The notes below the pieces were generated by a model. That model searched no databases. It was not told where the DNA came from and saw nothing but the letters and a program-made list of their open reading frames with translations. From the IMG/VR virus record IMGVR_UViG_3300014208_000028, positions 93,123 through 157,122 of that record: a DNA stretch of 64,000 bases; one strand, 5' to 3'. Below are positions 1 to 8,983 of the stretch, one piece after another. The stretch is from a virus. The position numbers and the translations under genes were made by a program. The stretch's first letter is position 1. Each line of letters opens with the position of its first letter.

Positions 1-171
1 CCCAACCATATCAGTACCTACTACTTGAGTAGTTAAATCATCTAATATTCTATTAACAGTAATAAATCCATAAATAGGAGGAACCTTTATTTCTCTAGCC
101 ACCCCGCCAGATTTACCTTTTCTAACCTCGCCTTTTTTCCCTAAACAAATTACTAATTTAAGTGCAAACAT
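1..171 (-). CDS. Partial CDS running off the window start (MFALKLVICLGKKGEVRKGKSGGVAREIKVPPIYG...), function unknown
   Basis: ATG at 171 preceded by AAGGAGAATACT RBS; open to position 1; not in ORF track. Confidence 0.6.
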   Translation of the reverse strand, partial: MFALKLVICLGKKGEVRKGKSGGVAREIKVPPIYGFITVNRILDDLTTQVVGTDMVG

Positions 172-256
172 AGTATTCTCCTTTATTATTATAGGACTTA
201 TACTATATTATAATCAAAAAATAAATAACTACAATCAGAAAAAAATTTATATATTA

Positions 257-265
257 TGTTATAAT
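257..265 (+). promoter_or_regulatory. Extended -10 promoter (TG-T-TATAAT) for the DUF1257-DUF2997-AAA operon
   Basis: TGTTATAAT at 257-265, GGAGG RBS before ATG 302. Confidence 0.65.
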
Positions 266-301
266 ATTTTCGACCGACATCAATATTTTGGAGGATTTAA
301 A

Positions 302-664
302 ATGTCTCAAACTGTCAGAGCTAAGACTACTATTACTAAGGTTATTCCTAACATGATGAAAAATATCATAAAAAAGCTGGCTGAAGAAACTAAAATGCGT
401 GTTATTAGAGATAATGATACAGGCATACGAATTGAAGGTAAGTGTAGATATGATTTCGTAGAAGCAGAGTGGAAGGCAGATGGCAGCAATTTTTCTTTGT
501 CATATGATGATGATAGTCGCTATCGTAGAGAAGCTGAAACTAAACTTATACAGAATAGATATATCATAGGCGTAACTGCTATGATTGGTGAAGAGCAGGG
601 ATTTACTGTTTCTAATTTTATTACTGCTAAAGATGGCAGTATGCAAATTACTTTGGAAGTATAG
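302..664 (+). CDS. DUF1257/Ycf35-like protein
   Basis: MSxT..KT.I N-terminus, Q.RY..........GF.V......DG.MQITLEV C-terminus; adjacent to DUF2997-like and AAA genes as in ycf35/ycf46 clusters. Confidence 0.6.
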   Translation: MSQTVRAKTTITKVIPNMMKNIIKKLAEETKMRVIRDNDTGIRIEGKCRYDFVEAEWKADGSNFSLSYDDDSRYRREAETKLIQNRYIIGVTAMIGEEQGFTVSNFITAKDGSMQITLEV

Positions 665-674
665 GAGTTAAAAA

Positions 675-872
675 ATGGGAACTAGTATTAAATTTATGCA
701 GACTAAAAATTGCGAGAGTATTATTGACGCCGAAACTGGAGATGGCTCTTGTGCTAAGAAAATAGAAGAACTTACTAAAAAATTAAGAGAAAACGGTATT
801 GACCTTAAAAGTATAAATGTAACTAATAGAAATGAGGGGGAAGATGACTCAAAAATTAAAGTCCAGTGCTGA
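675..872 (+). CDS. DUF2997-like small protein
   Basis: 65 aa, G.GSC...IEEL...L motif, located between Ycf35-like and AAA genes; AGGAG RBS. Confidence 0.45.
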   Translation: MGTSIKFMQTKNCESIIDAETGDGSCAKKIEELTKKLRENGIDLKSINVTNRNEGEDDSKIKVQC

Positions 873-3750
873 TTCATCTACTGAAGAAATAACTATAGAT
901 AATAAATATCCTTTAGATACTCCTGAATGGGTTGAAGAATTAATTTCTTATAGAATTACTAAAAATAATGCTGTATTTCTTTTACATGGCCCCGGCGTAA
1001 ATGATTACTTTATGACTAGTAATGATGATAATAAATTAGTTAAAGGATCTTTATATAGTTATTTAATGCTACATTTAGCCAATCATTTAATGAGCTTACA
1101 TAAATTTAAAGCCGAAAAAGAGGTATTAAAATTTGCTTTTGATCCTATTCGAGGGACTAGAGTATTAGAAAAGAAATTATCCCCAGAATTAGAAAAGCAA
1201 TTAGAAGTATCCTTAGCTGATAGTGATGTTTCCGCCGCCAACGCTGCTTTAGCTGGAATAGGAGCTAGTGTTCAAGAGAATAGAATATTTACTAAAAATC
1301 CAGATACATTTATATCTAATCTATCTTCTTGGATGATGGAATCATCTGAAATAACTATCCCTATATTAGGTCTTATGCAGTCTATAGAACTATTTCTGGC
1401 CGCGAAAGATTGGAATACTAATATAGTAGCTAATAGAATAGTAAATAATTTAATAAAAAATATAGCTTTATTCTCTCACATTACTGAGAGGAATCTATTA
1501 CATACTTTACTACTTATCTCTGAATATGATTTAGACGTTCTGCACCCCGCATTAAGAGATGAGAATAATGGAATTAAGCAAATATATATTCCTTTACCAG
1601 ATCTTAGTAATAGAATTGCTATGATTAATAAATTGAAAGAGACGCCTAGTATTAGTAAAGATATGAATTTATCTGAAAAGGAGGTAGAACTAGTAGGTAA
1701 AAATTCTGCGGGCTGTTCTTTAAGAGAGTTAAAACATTTAGTATTAAATAGTATTTATGAAAAAACATCTATTCCAGAAAATATAACTAAGCATAGAAAA
1801 AGATATGTAGAAAAATTCGGTAATGGTTTAGTAACTATAGATACTCCAATTAACGATTGGAGTTCTGTAGGTGGATTAGATTATGTAAAGAATATAATGG
1901 ATAATGAAGTTATTCCTTTTCTTAAAATTCAAAGTCCATTAACTCCTAGCGGATTATTATTTACCGGCCCGCCAGGCTGCCATAGAAAAGGACAAGGCAT
2001 TCTTATGTCTGATGGTTTGATTAAGAAAGTAGAAGATATAGTTCCTGGAGATAGACTAATGGGAGGGGACGGTAAATCATTTAGAACAGTTTTATCTCTT
2101 TGTAGAGGAAGAGAGAAAATGGTTCAGGTAACTCCTAATAAAGGAACCTCTTTTGTAGTTAATGAAAACCATATCTTAACACTTGTACGAACTACCTACG
2201 ATAATCATGTCGGAGGAGAGCTAATTGATATCTCTATAAAAGAATTGGAAAAATTGTCAAAAAATAGAAGACATCACTTAAAATTAATTAGAAGCGAGGC
2301 AATTTTTGAAGGTGCTTTAAGTGAAGAAGAAATGTTGTTAGATCCGTATTTCCTAGGTGTTTTATTGGGAGATGGGAGTTTTAAATATGGCGGTGTCGGA
2401 GTAACTACTTGTGATGAAGAAATAGTAGAGGAGATAAAAAATCAAGCTTTAAAATTTGGATTAAATATAAGAATAAATGATTCAAATGCTAAAGCCCCTA
2501 CATATTATTTACACGGTAAAAGTGGAAAACTAACAACTAGAGATGTTAATTTAGTGATTTGCGGTCTGAAACTTTTAGGATTATATAGACTAGGATGTGG
2601 AGAAAAATTCGTTCCATTTTCCTATAAGACGGCGACATATGAAGCAAGACTAAAAATTCTAGCAGGACTTATAGATACTGATGGTAGTTTAGGTTGGAGT
2701 GCCACAATTGATTTTATATCGAAGTCCGAGCAACTAGCTAATGATGTAGTATTTTTGGCTCGAAGTGTTGGTCTTGCTGCTTACATAAAAAAATGTAGAA
2801 AATGTTGCCAAAATAATTTTGAGGGAGAATATTTTAGAGTCGGAATTAGTGGAGATATTGATAAGATTCCTGTAAAAATTAGACGTAAAAAAGCACTACC
2901 AAGAAAGCAGAAAAAAAGTGTTTTACGAACTGGATTTTCAGTAGTCGATGTGGGAGAAGAGGAATATTTTGGATTTACTTTGGATGGAGACGGCAGATAC
3001 TTGCTGGACGATTTTACAGTAACGCATAATACGGGCAAGAGTGTCACAGCAGAAGCCATAGCTTATAGTTGTGGATTACCATTCTTAACTTTAAATATAT
3101 CTCAGGTATTTCATTGGTATGTTGGAAGTAGTGAAGCTAATATTAAAAAAGTAACTGAGATAATTAAAGCCGTAGCTCCTTGTATAGTATTTATGGATGA
3201 AGTAGATCAGATGGGTATGCAGAGAGGCGGATATCAAGGAGATAGTGGAGTAAGTGCTAGAATATTTAAGAAGCTATTAGAATTTTTGGGGGACGATAAT
3301 AATAGAGGACAAGTGGTATTTATAGCAGCTACTAATAAGCCTAAACTTATAGATAGTGCTATGAGACGTACTGGTAGAATAGACTTTAAAATTCCTTTTG
3401 TCCTTAGAGGTAATGAACCCCGCGCTTCTATTATAGATGCATTATTGTGTAAATATAAAAATGTTATAAATGATGTAGGTGTAGAGGTAGAGGTTAATTC
3501 TTTAGAAGTCTCGCCGCATTTAAGAGAATTAGTAGGTTCTGATATTGAATGTTTAATTAAAGACTGTATTAGAAAATCTTCTATTACTACTAAAAAATTA
3601 ACTACTACTCAAATGATAGAAACTTCTAAATTTACTAAACCTTCGGTATCTAAAAAAGATATTGTAGAGGCTACTAAGGAGGCTTTAGAAGAATGTAACG
3701 TATTTCAATATCTACCTCAAGATGTAATTGATAAGGCTAATATAAAATAA
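832..3750 (+). CDS. Ycf46-like AAA+ ATPase (degenerate N-terminal AAA, active C-terminal AAA) with an intein in Walker A; start may be ATG 844
   Basis: WSSVGGLDYVK, LLFTGPPG|TGKS after splicing, Walker B IVFMDEVD, FIAATN, second region of homology RRTGRID. Confidence 0.85.
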   Translation: MRGKMTQKLKSSADSSTEEITIDNKYPLDTPEWVEELISYRITKNNAVFLLHGPGVNDYFMTSNDDNKLVKGSLYSYLMLHLANHLMSLHKFKAEKEVLKFAFDPIRGTRVLEKKLSPELEKQLEVSLADSDVSAANAALAGIGASVQENRIFTKNPDTFISNLSSWMMESSEITIPILGLMQSIELFLAAKDWNTNIVANRIVNNLIKNIALFSHITERNLLHTLLLISEYDLDVLHPALRDENNGIKQIYIPLPDLSNRIAMINKLKETPSISKDMNLSEKEVELVGKNSAGCSLRELKHLVLNSIYEKTSIPENITKHRKRYVEKFGNGLVTIDTPINDWSSVGGLDYVKNIMDNEVIPFLKIQSPLTPSGLLFTGPPGCHRKGQGILMSDGLIKKVEDIVPGDRLMGGDGKSFRTVLSLCRGREKMVQVTPNKGTSFVVNENHILTLVRTTYDNHVGGELIDISIKELEKLSKNRRHHLKLIRSEAIFEGALSEEEMLLDPYFLGVLLGDGSFKYGGVGVTTCDEEIVEEIKNQALKFGLNIRINDSNAKAPTYYLHGKSGKLTTRDVNLVICGLKLLGLYRLGCGEKFVPFSYKTATYEARLKILAGLIDTDGSLGWSATIDFISKSEQLANDVVFLARSVGLAAYIKKCRKCCQNNFEGEYFRVGISGDIDKIPVKIRRKKALPRKQKKSVLRTGFSVVDVGEEEYFGFTLDGDGRYLLDDFTVTHNTGKSVTAEAIAYSCGLPFLTLNISQVFHWYVGSSEANIKKVTEIIKAVAPCIVFMDEVDQMGMQRGGYQGDSGVSARIFKKLLEFLGDDNNRGQVVFIAATNKPKLIDSAMRRTGRIDFKIPFVLRGNEPRASIIDALLCKYKNVINDVGVEVEVNSLEVSPHLRELVGSDIECLIKDCIRKSSITTKKLTTTQMIETSKFTKPSVSKKDIVEATKEALEECNVFQYLPQDVIDKANIK
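1978..3030 (+). mobile_element. Intein with LAGLIDADG homing endonuclease (351 aa) in the AAA P-loop
   Basis: Starts CHRKGQGILMSDG, ends DDFTVTHN followed by Thr; motifs FLGVLLGDG and LAGLIDTDG; removal restores GPPGTGKS. Confidence 0.95.
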
Positions 3751-3773
3751 AAAGGAGGTTGCCCTCCTTTTTT
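3751..3773. terminator. Bidirectional intrinsic terminator between convergent genes
   Basis: AAAGGAGG-TTGC-CCTCCTTT hairpin with A and T tracts. Confidence 0.85.
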
Positions 3774-3774
3774 A

Positions 3775-3969
3775 TTATTCATCATCCTCATATTGAGGAA
3801 TATCTAATTCTAGTATTTTATCTATTGTCTCTTCTACTATGCACATTAAATGTAGGGCCGCATCATTTCTTATTCTTTCTATATCTACTGGAGTAGCACA
3901 AGCTGATAATTTCTGTTCATATCTTTTAAATTCATTTATAAACATTGGCAGATATATCTCTCGGCCCAT
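3775..3969 (-). CDS. Hypothetical protein (64 aa)
   Basis: ATG directly follows the TAA of the frameshift extension frame. Confidence 0.6.
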   Translation of the reverse strand: MGREIYLPMFINEFKRYEQKLSACATPVDIERIRNDAALHLMCIVEETIDKILELDIPQYEDDE

Positions 3970-4389
3970 TTAAAACCCCCGTGGAACTTTTTTATGAGTA
4001 ATACCTTGATATAAAGAAACATCACTATCGACAATTCCACGATCTTTAAACATTTCTAAAGAATTAGCATCATTCAATATGGGAGTAGCACTAATTCTAA
4101 TAGGATTAGAAAGGTTCTTTTCCATATCTTTTAAAGTTTTTAACATATTTTCTTTAGATTCATTGAGTTTAATATCTAAGTATTTACCTAAAATTAAATT
4201 AAATGTTTCTATAGCTTTTTTACCGTCACCTAAAGATAGACTTATATCTAAACTTATTTTATGTAACTCTTCTAACTTTACTCTAAATTTTACTAATTCT
4301 AAAAACGACTCCTCCAGAGGATTTTTCGGTCGCCCACATTTATCATAAAATACTAATGCCCGTATCCATCCTGAAGGAGTATTTAAAAA
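3970..4389 (-). CDS. -1 frame extension of the tail assembly chaperone (gpT-like part, 138 added codons: LNTPSGWIRALVFYDKCGRPKNPLEESFLELVKFR...KKVPRGF)
   Basis: Hand translation shows no stop from 4386 to TAA at 3972-3970; no suitable start codon at its 5' end; entered via the AAATTTT slip site. Confidence 0.75.
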   Translation of the reverse strand, partial: FLNTPSGWIRALVFYDKCGRPKNPLEESFLELVKFRVKLEELHKISLDISLSLGDGKKAIETFNLILGKYLDIKLNESKENMLKTLKDMEKNLSNPIRISATPILNDANSLEMFKDRGIVDSDVSLYQGITHKKVPRGF

Positions 4390-4910
4390 TTTATAATTTG
4401 TTCGGAGAACTGTTTAATAGCTAAATTATTAACCCGCTCAATAAACCACATAAGCTGAGTAGAAAGTAAGAGAACTATAGTACTAGGCATCTGTCTAATA
4501 TGATCAAACTTTTCTTTTACATTTTTAATATATTCTTCAGTCTTATCTGGAGTATAAGTTATTTCTATATTAGAAATAGGCTTACCATCAATAGCTACTA
4601 TAGAAGCGGCTAATTCTAACATTGGCCCGATTTTTCTAACGTCTTCTTTAGTATTCTCACAATGTTCAAAAGCAAGTTTATCTATAACTGATTCTGCCCC
4701 GGCTTCGAGAGTAGCAAAAGTAACCATAACTTTCTTATCTTTGCTCTTGTAAATTGGGACTTCTTGTGTTAATTTACCCTTGAAGATTAAATCTTCAACT
4801 TTCAAAGGATCGAGTAGTTTTTCAACTTTTTCCTTTAAATCTTTACGATCAAATACGCTACGATCATAAATTTCTGGCGTAGCCTGAATTTCGTTTTTCT
4901 CTTCTTCCAT
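4383..4910 (-). CDS. Putative tail assembly chaperone (gpG-like)
   Basis: 175 aa ending I-N-F-stop on a slippery site; own promoter and GGAGG RBS; downstream of tail tube on the same strand. Confidence 0.65.
   Translation of the reverse strand: MEEEKNEIQATPEIYDRSVFDRKDLKEKVEKLLDPLKVEDLIFKGKLTQEVPIYKSKDKKVMVTFATLEAGAESVIDKLAFEHCENTKEDVRKIGPMLELAASIVAIDGKPISNIEITYTPDKTEEYIKNVKEKFDHIRQMPSTIVLLLSTQLMWFIERVNNLAIKQFSEQIINF
4386..4392 (-). other. Programmed -1 ribosomal frameshift site A AAT TTT followed by TAA
   Basis: Canonical X XXY YYZ heptamer in the last codons of 4383..4910 with a long open -1 frame. Confidence 0.75.
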
Positions 4911-4936
4911 GTTACCTCCGAGTTATATTTTAATTA

Positions 4937-4965
4937 AATATAACATCTATACGGTAGGTAGTCAA
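4937..4965 (-). promoter_or_regulatory. Sigma70-type promoter TTGACT-N17-TATATT with extended TG
   Basis: Hexamers read directly at 4965-4960 and 4942-4937. Confidence 0.75.
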
Positions 4966-5024
4966 ATTTTAGGTATTTAAAAGGATATTTTATATCCTTA
5001 ATTTTATTATAAAAAGGAGTCGAT

Positions 5025-7217
5025 ATGCAGAAACTTGGTCCAAATGCTGAAAAGGTTTTGTTAGAAAAAGGTATTATAAAGGAGGGAGAAGATTTTAGTA
5101 GTGTTCTTAAAAGAGTAGCAAAAAATATAGCTCAAATAGAAACTCCAGAAAGAAGAGAATATTGGGAAAATAAGTTTTTCGATATTATGGATAAAAATTA
5201 TTTTTTACCCAACTTTCCCACACTATTACACGGAGCTAGAGAAGATGGTCAGATATTAGGAAATCTTAGTGCTTGTTTCGTTTTAGATATAGAAGACTCT
5301 TTAGATGGAATATTAAAGACGTTACACGATGCTGGAATGATTCAGAAAAATGGTGGAGGCACAGGATTCTCTTTTTCTAATTTACGTTCCAAAAGTTCTA
5401 AAATAGCTAGTACTAATGGTGTAACTAACGGCCCCATTTCTTTTATGGAAGGATATGATTATTGGTTAGGATATATAATTAAACAGGGAGGAGTTAGACC
5501 GGGAGCTTCTATGGGATGTTTATCTGTCTATCATCCCGATATAGAAGAATTTATAGCTATTAAAAAGGATAGAAAGAAACTTACTAATTTTAATTTATCT
5601 GTAGTAGTAGATGATTATTTTATGGAACGCGCCAAAGCTGGAGAGACTATAGAATTAAAAGATCCTCATAGTGGTAAGATAACTAAAGAAATAAATGCAT
5701 CTATATTATTAAAAGAGATAGTTAAGAACGCTAAAGATAATGGGTGTCCAGGTCTTTTATTTATAGATACTGCTAATAGAGATAATCCTTTCGATAAAAA
5801 ATATAATACTACTAACCCTTGTGGAGAAACATATTTGTGGGGAAGTCCCGCTCCTGAAGCCTGTAATTTAGGTGCTTTAAATTTTAAGCAATTAGAACAA
5901 GACGGTATTTTAGATAGTGATGAAGAATTCTATAAGATAGTAGAAACCTCCGTTAGATTTTTAGATAATGTTATTGATCTCAATAATTATCCTTTACCCG
6001 GTATGAAAGAGATGGCTACTGCTTATAGAAAAATAGGTTTAGGAGGTATGGGAGTTGCTGACGTTTTAATAGCTAAAAAACTTCCTTATAATTCCGAATT
6101 AGGTAGAGATTTTGTAGAGGATTTATATAAAAAATTAACCGCATTTTCAGTTAAAACTAGTGAAGAATTAGGTAAAGAAAAAGGATTTTTCGGAGCTATT
6201 GCAGAGGCTAAGATAGCTACTCCTAGAAGGAATAGTTATATAACATTACAAATGCCTACGGGTACTTTAAGTATATTAGCTAATTGCTCTCCCGGCCCGG
6301 AACCTTGGTTTGGGTGGGTTATGAAAATAGCCACTTCTAAATCTAAAGAACCTTTAAAGATTATAAATTCCGCATTAGTTACTACACTTAAGCGTAAAAA
6401 ATTGTGGGGAGATGGAACAGAAATATTAGATCAGATAGAAAGAAATAATGGGTCTATACAGAATATAAAAACTATACCTGATGATATAAAAGAAATATTT
6501 GTAACTGCGTTAGATATGAATTATGAAGATCACATATTAATGCAAGCTAGAATACAGAAACATGTTCATAATGGTGTAAGTAAAACTATTAATATGAAAA
6601 AAGATACTTCTTATGAAGATGTAGAAAAAGCTTTCTATCTGGCCCACAATTTAGGATGTAAAGGTATAACGGTATATTTAGATGGAACTAAATCTGATCA
6701 ACCTGTTACAGCATCTGATAAAGCTGAAGTTGTTAAAGAGACTAAAGTTTTAAGTCGGGAAAAAGTATTAGCTGGCGAAACTGAAAAGTTTAATTTAGGT
6801 AGTTGCGGCTCTATGCTTGTTAATATTAATTCTATTCCTGGAACTAGAGATATAAGAGAAGTAATAGTAACTAAAGGTAGTTCTGGTTCATGCGTAACTG
6901 CTAATATAGAGGCTACTAGCAGACTTATTACATTATGTCGTAAACATAAAGTTCCTAATGAGGAAATAGTAGAACAGTTGGGTGAAATTAAATGTGATAA
7001 TGTTTGTTGGGATACTGCTGTTGGCGGGCAAAAACCTGATAAACTTATGAGTTGCCCTAATACTATTGGAGTAGCTATTAAACGATTTGCTCAAAGAAAT
7101 AATATAGGCGCGATTAATTATACTACCTCTACTAAGAAATGCCCTAAATGCGGTGGAGATATTCAGGTTGCAGGAGGCTGTGAGTATTGTAGTGGCTGTG
7201 GAAATAGTAAGTGTTAA
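5025..7217 (+). CDS. nrdJ: Class II (adenosylcobalamin-dependent) ribonucleotide reductase with C-terminal TSCPD and Zn-ribbon domains
   Basis: FLPNFPTL, GGGTG, TNPCGE, IGLGGMG, PTGTLS, VSKTIN, C-terminal CPKCG...GGCEYC.GCG.SKC. Confidence 0.93.
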   Translation: MQKLGPNAEKVLLEKGIIKEGEDFSSVLKRVAKNIAQIETPERREYWENKFFDIMDKNYFLPNFPTLLHGAREDGQILGNLSACFVLDIEDSLDGILKTLHDAGMIQKNGGGTGFSFSNLRSKSSKIASTNGVTNGPISFMEGYDYWLGYIIKQGGVRPGASMGCLSVYHPDIEEFIAIKKDRKKLTNFNLSVVVDDYFMERAKAGETIELKDPHSGKITKEINASILLKEIVKNAKDNGCPGLLFIDTANRDNPFDKKYNTTNPCGETYLWGSPAPEACNLGALNFKQLEQDGILDSDEEFYKIVETSVRFLDNVIDLNNYPLPGMKEMATAYRKIGLGGMGVADVLIAKKLPYNSELGRDFVEDLYKKLTAFSVKTSEELGKEKGFFGAIAEAKIATPRRNSYITLQMPTGTLSILANCSPGPEPWFGWVMKIATSKSKEPLKIINSALVTTLKRKKLWGDGTEILDQIERNNGSIQNIKTIPDDIKEIFVTALDMNYEDHILMQARIQKHVHNGVSKTINMKKDTSYEDVEKAFYLAHNLGCKGITVYLDGTKSDQPVTASDKAEVVKETKVLSREKVLAGETEKFNLGSCGSMLVNINSIPGTRDIREVIVTKGSSGSCVTANIEATSRLITLCRKHKVPNEEIVEQLGEIKCDNVCWDTAVGGQKPDKLMSCPNTIGVAIKRFAQRNNIGAINYTTSTKKCPKCGGDIQVAGGCEYCSGCGNSKC

Positions 7218-7226
7218 AGGAGATAT

Positions 7227-7373
7227 ATGAATAAAAAGAAAAAGAAGAAAAAAGTAGTATGTTTAACTTGTGGTAATCCATTTCCATCTAAAACTAAATA
7301 TTTTAGAACCTGTCCAAATTGTCTAGAAAAAAATAGTAAAATAAATGGGGATACTCATATTTTACATAGTTAA
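7227..7373 (+). CDS. Small basic zinc-finger protein (48 aa, MNKKKKKKKVVCLTCGNPF...RTCPNC)
   Basis: AAGGAG RBS, two CxxC pairs; below ORF-track cutoff. Confidence 0.65.
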   Translation: MNKKKKKKKVVCLTCGNPFPSKTKYFRTCPNCLEKNSKINGDTHILHS

Positions 7374-7411
7374 AAAAGATTGGGAGATTCGTCTCCCTTT
7401 CTTTTTATCTA
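7374..7411. terminator. Intrinsic terminator between convergent units
   Basis: GGGAGA-TTCG-TCTCCC hairpin then TTTCTTTTTATCTA. Confidence 0.8.
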
Positions 7412-7921
7412 TTCAGAAATTTCATTAAGTCTATATACTTTATTGATAAGCTCTTCGGCCACTTCAGAAGGACTCTTGTAAGGAGCGATATGCTCGACCG
7501 GAACGATAACAGAGCTATTGAAGACGATCTTAGGGCTGACCCATTTACGAGGATAAGTAGAGAATCTAAGCACACTACCGATGCCTACTGCCATCTTAGA
7601 CTCTAACCGCTCCATCCACTTATCCTGATCTTTACCCTCAAAAATGTTCATGAGAGTATTATTATCGAAATAAGGCTTGCCCATCGGATTCCAGCCGGGA
7701 GTACAATTAATAGTTTCATCCTGACCGTTATGCTTATTGCGAATCTTCAAGATGACATGAATATACTTATCGCCTTTCGGATCATCAGGAGAAATCTTAT
7801 CTACTCCAATTAATTTACCGCCCTTTAAAATAGGAGAGATGGAGTTCTGAGACTTTACCATACGATAATGAATATCCATCACTTCCCAATCAGTCCCGCA
7901 AGCTACTTGACCTTCAAACAT
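7409..7921 (-). CDS. Hypothetical protein (170 aa), GC-richer than neighbours
   Basis: Long ORF in operon with radical SAM gene. Confidence 0.7.
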   Translation of the reverse strand: MFEGQVACGTDWEVMDIHYRMVKSQNSISPILKGGKLIGVDKISPDDPKGDKYIHVILKIRNKHNGQDETINCTPGWNPMGKPYFDNNTLMNIFEGKDQDKWMERLESKMAVGIGSVLRFSTYPRKWVSPKIVFNSSVIVPVEHIAPYKSPSEVAEELINKVYRLNEISE

Positions 7922-8169
7922 TTCTTATCCTCCACTTTGACTAGTGTATCTAGTATATCTTCTACTAGATCGAACTGTTCGGCAGAATTAGTAGGATCTA
8001 TACTTAAAGGCCGATTACAATTTAAACAGATAATGAATAATCTGTCGTAAATAGTATTTGCCGAAAGTATAGATACCTTACCTTTACTGCCAGTAAATGA
8101 GATTTTAGCCGATCCAGTAAAATCGACTTTGAAATCTCCCCCTCCACACTTACACACAATCTTTTTCAC
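7903..8169 (-). CDS. Zn-ribbon protein (88 aa)
   Basis: CKCG and CLNCN motifs; GTG start coupled to radical SAM stop. Confidence 0.65.
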   Translation of the reverse strand: MKKIVCKCGGGDFKVDFTGSAKISFTGSKGKVSILSANTIYDRLFIICLNCNRPLSIDPTNSAEQFDLVEDILDTLVKVEDKKCLKVK

Positions 8170-8897
8170 TAATAATACTCTCCTATATCTTTTCTAACCC
8201 ATACCGTATCCTTAATCAATTTTCTAACTGTTTTATAGAAATCATCTAATTGCTCTTCATCTACCGCCGTTAATTCAGGATATACCTCATAAGGGTAGAA
8301 AGCTCTTAAACTTACACAACTGCCATGAGATATATATCTATTTATAAGAGCTGCTATATAATCGATATCATCTTTATTCCAGAAAGAGGGAATATATAAC
8401 CATGTAATATTTATTTTATTCGGCCCCAAAGTACTTATACTTCTTGAAATACGATTAGAATATTCCTTATAATCTATTCCTAACCATTTTTCAGTACCAG
8501 ACTTATCTATAGGATATTTAATATCTAGATCTATATAATGAAATAAATCAAAAACAGACATACCATAACTAGCATACATTCCATTAGTAGAAATGTATGT
8601 TTTAAAGCCTCTCTCTAAGGCATACCTAGCCATGAAATTTAAGTTAGGATTAAGTGTAGGCTCATTATAACAAAATCCAATTACAGTATTACGATTCTGT
8701 TTACTTATATCTTCTAAAACTTTTTCTTCACTATGTACACACCCCTCTCCTAATCTAACTAAATTTTTATTTAAACACCATTTACATTGTAGGTTACATC
8801 CTACAGTACCTATACAAAATAAATCGTTAGTATTAAAGTGTATATTATTCTTCTTGGCCGCACTTTCTAAACTTGTATAATACATAGTATCCTCCAA
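8169..8897 (-). CDS. Radical SAM protein, AmmeMemoRadiSam/PFL-activase-like
   Basis: GCNLQCKWCLN (CxxxCxxC), FCYNEPT, ISTNG, LDIK; N-terminus resembles the EKK..xHF segment of AmmeMemoRadiSam enzymes. Confidence 0.8.
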   Translation of the reverse strand: MEDTMYYTSLESAAKKNNIHFNTNDLFCIGTVGCNLQCKWCLNKNLVRLGEGCVHSEEKVLEDISKQNRNTVIGFCYNEPTLNPNLNFMARYALERGFKTYISTNGMYASYGMSVFDLFHYIDLDIKYPIDKSGTEKWLGIDYKEYSNRISRSISTLGPNKINITWLYIPSFWNKDDIDYIAALINRYISHGSCVSLRAFYPYEVYPELTAVDEEQLDDFYKTVRKLIKDTVWVRKDIGEYY

Positions 8898-8932
8898 TTT
8901 CTTTATACCAGATATTTCATAAATTTATACAT

Positions 8933-8958
8933 AAAAAAAGGGCCAAACTAATTGGCCC
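8933..8958 (-). terminator. Intrinsic terminator after tail tube
   Basis: GGGCCAA-TTAGT-TTGGCCC then T7 on minus strand. Confidence 0.85.
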
Positions 8959-8983
8959 AATTTTCATATATTTAAAAAATTAT

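Noticed and set aside
4975-5025. NrdR box or cobalamin riboswitch upstream of nrdJ
   Set aside because: Only a short AGGATAT/ATATCCT inverted repeat is present; no match to the NrdR consensus and too little space for a riboswitch.
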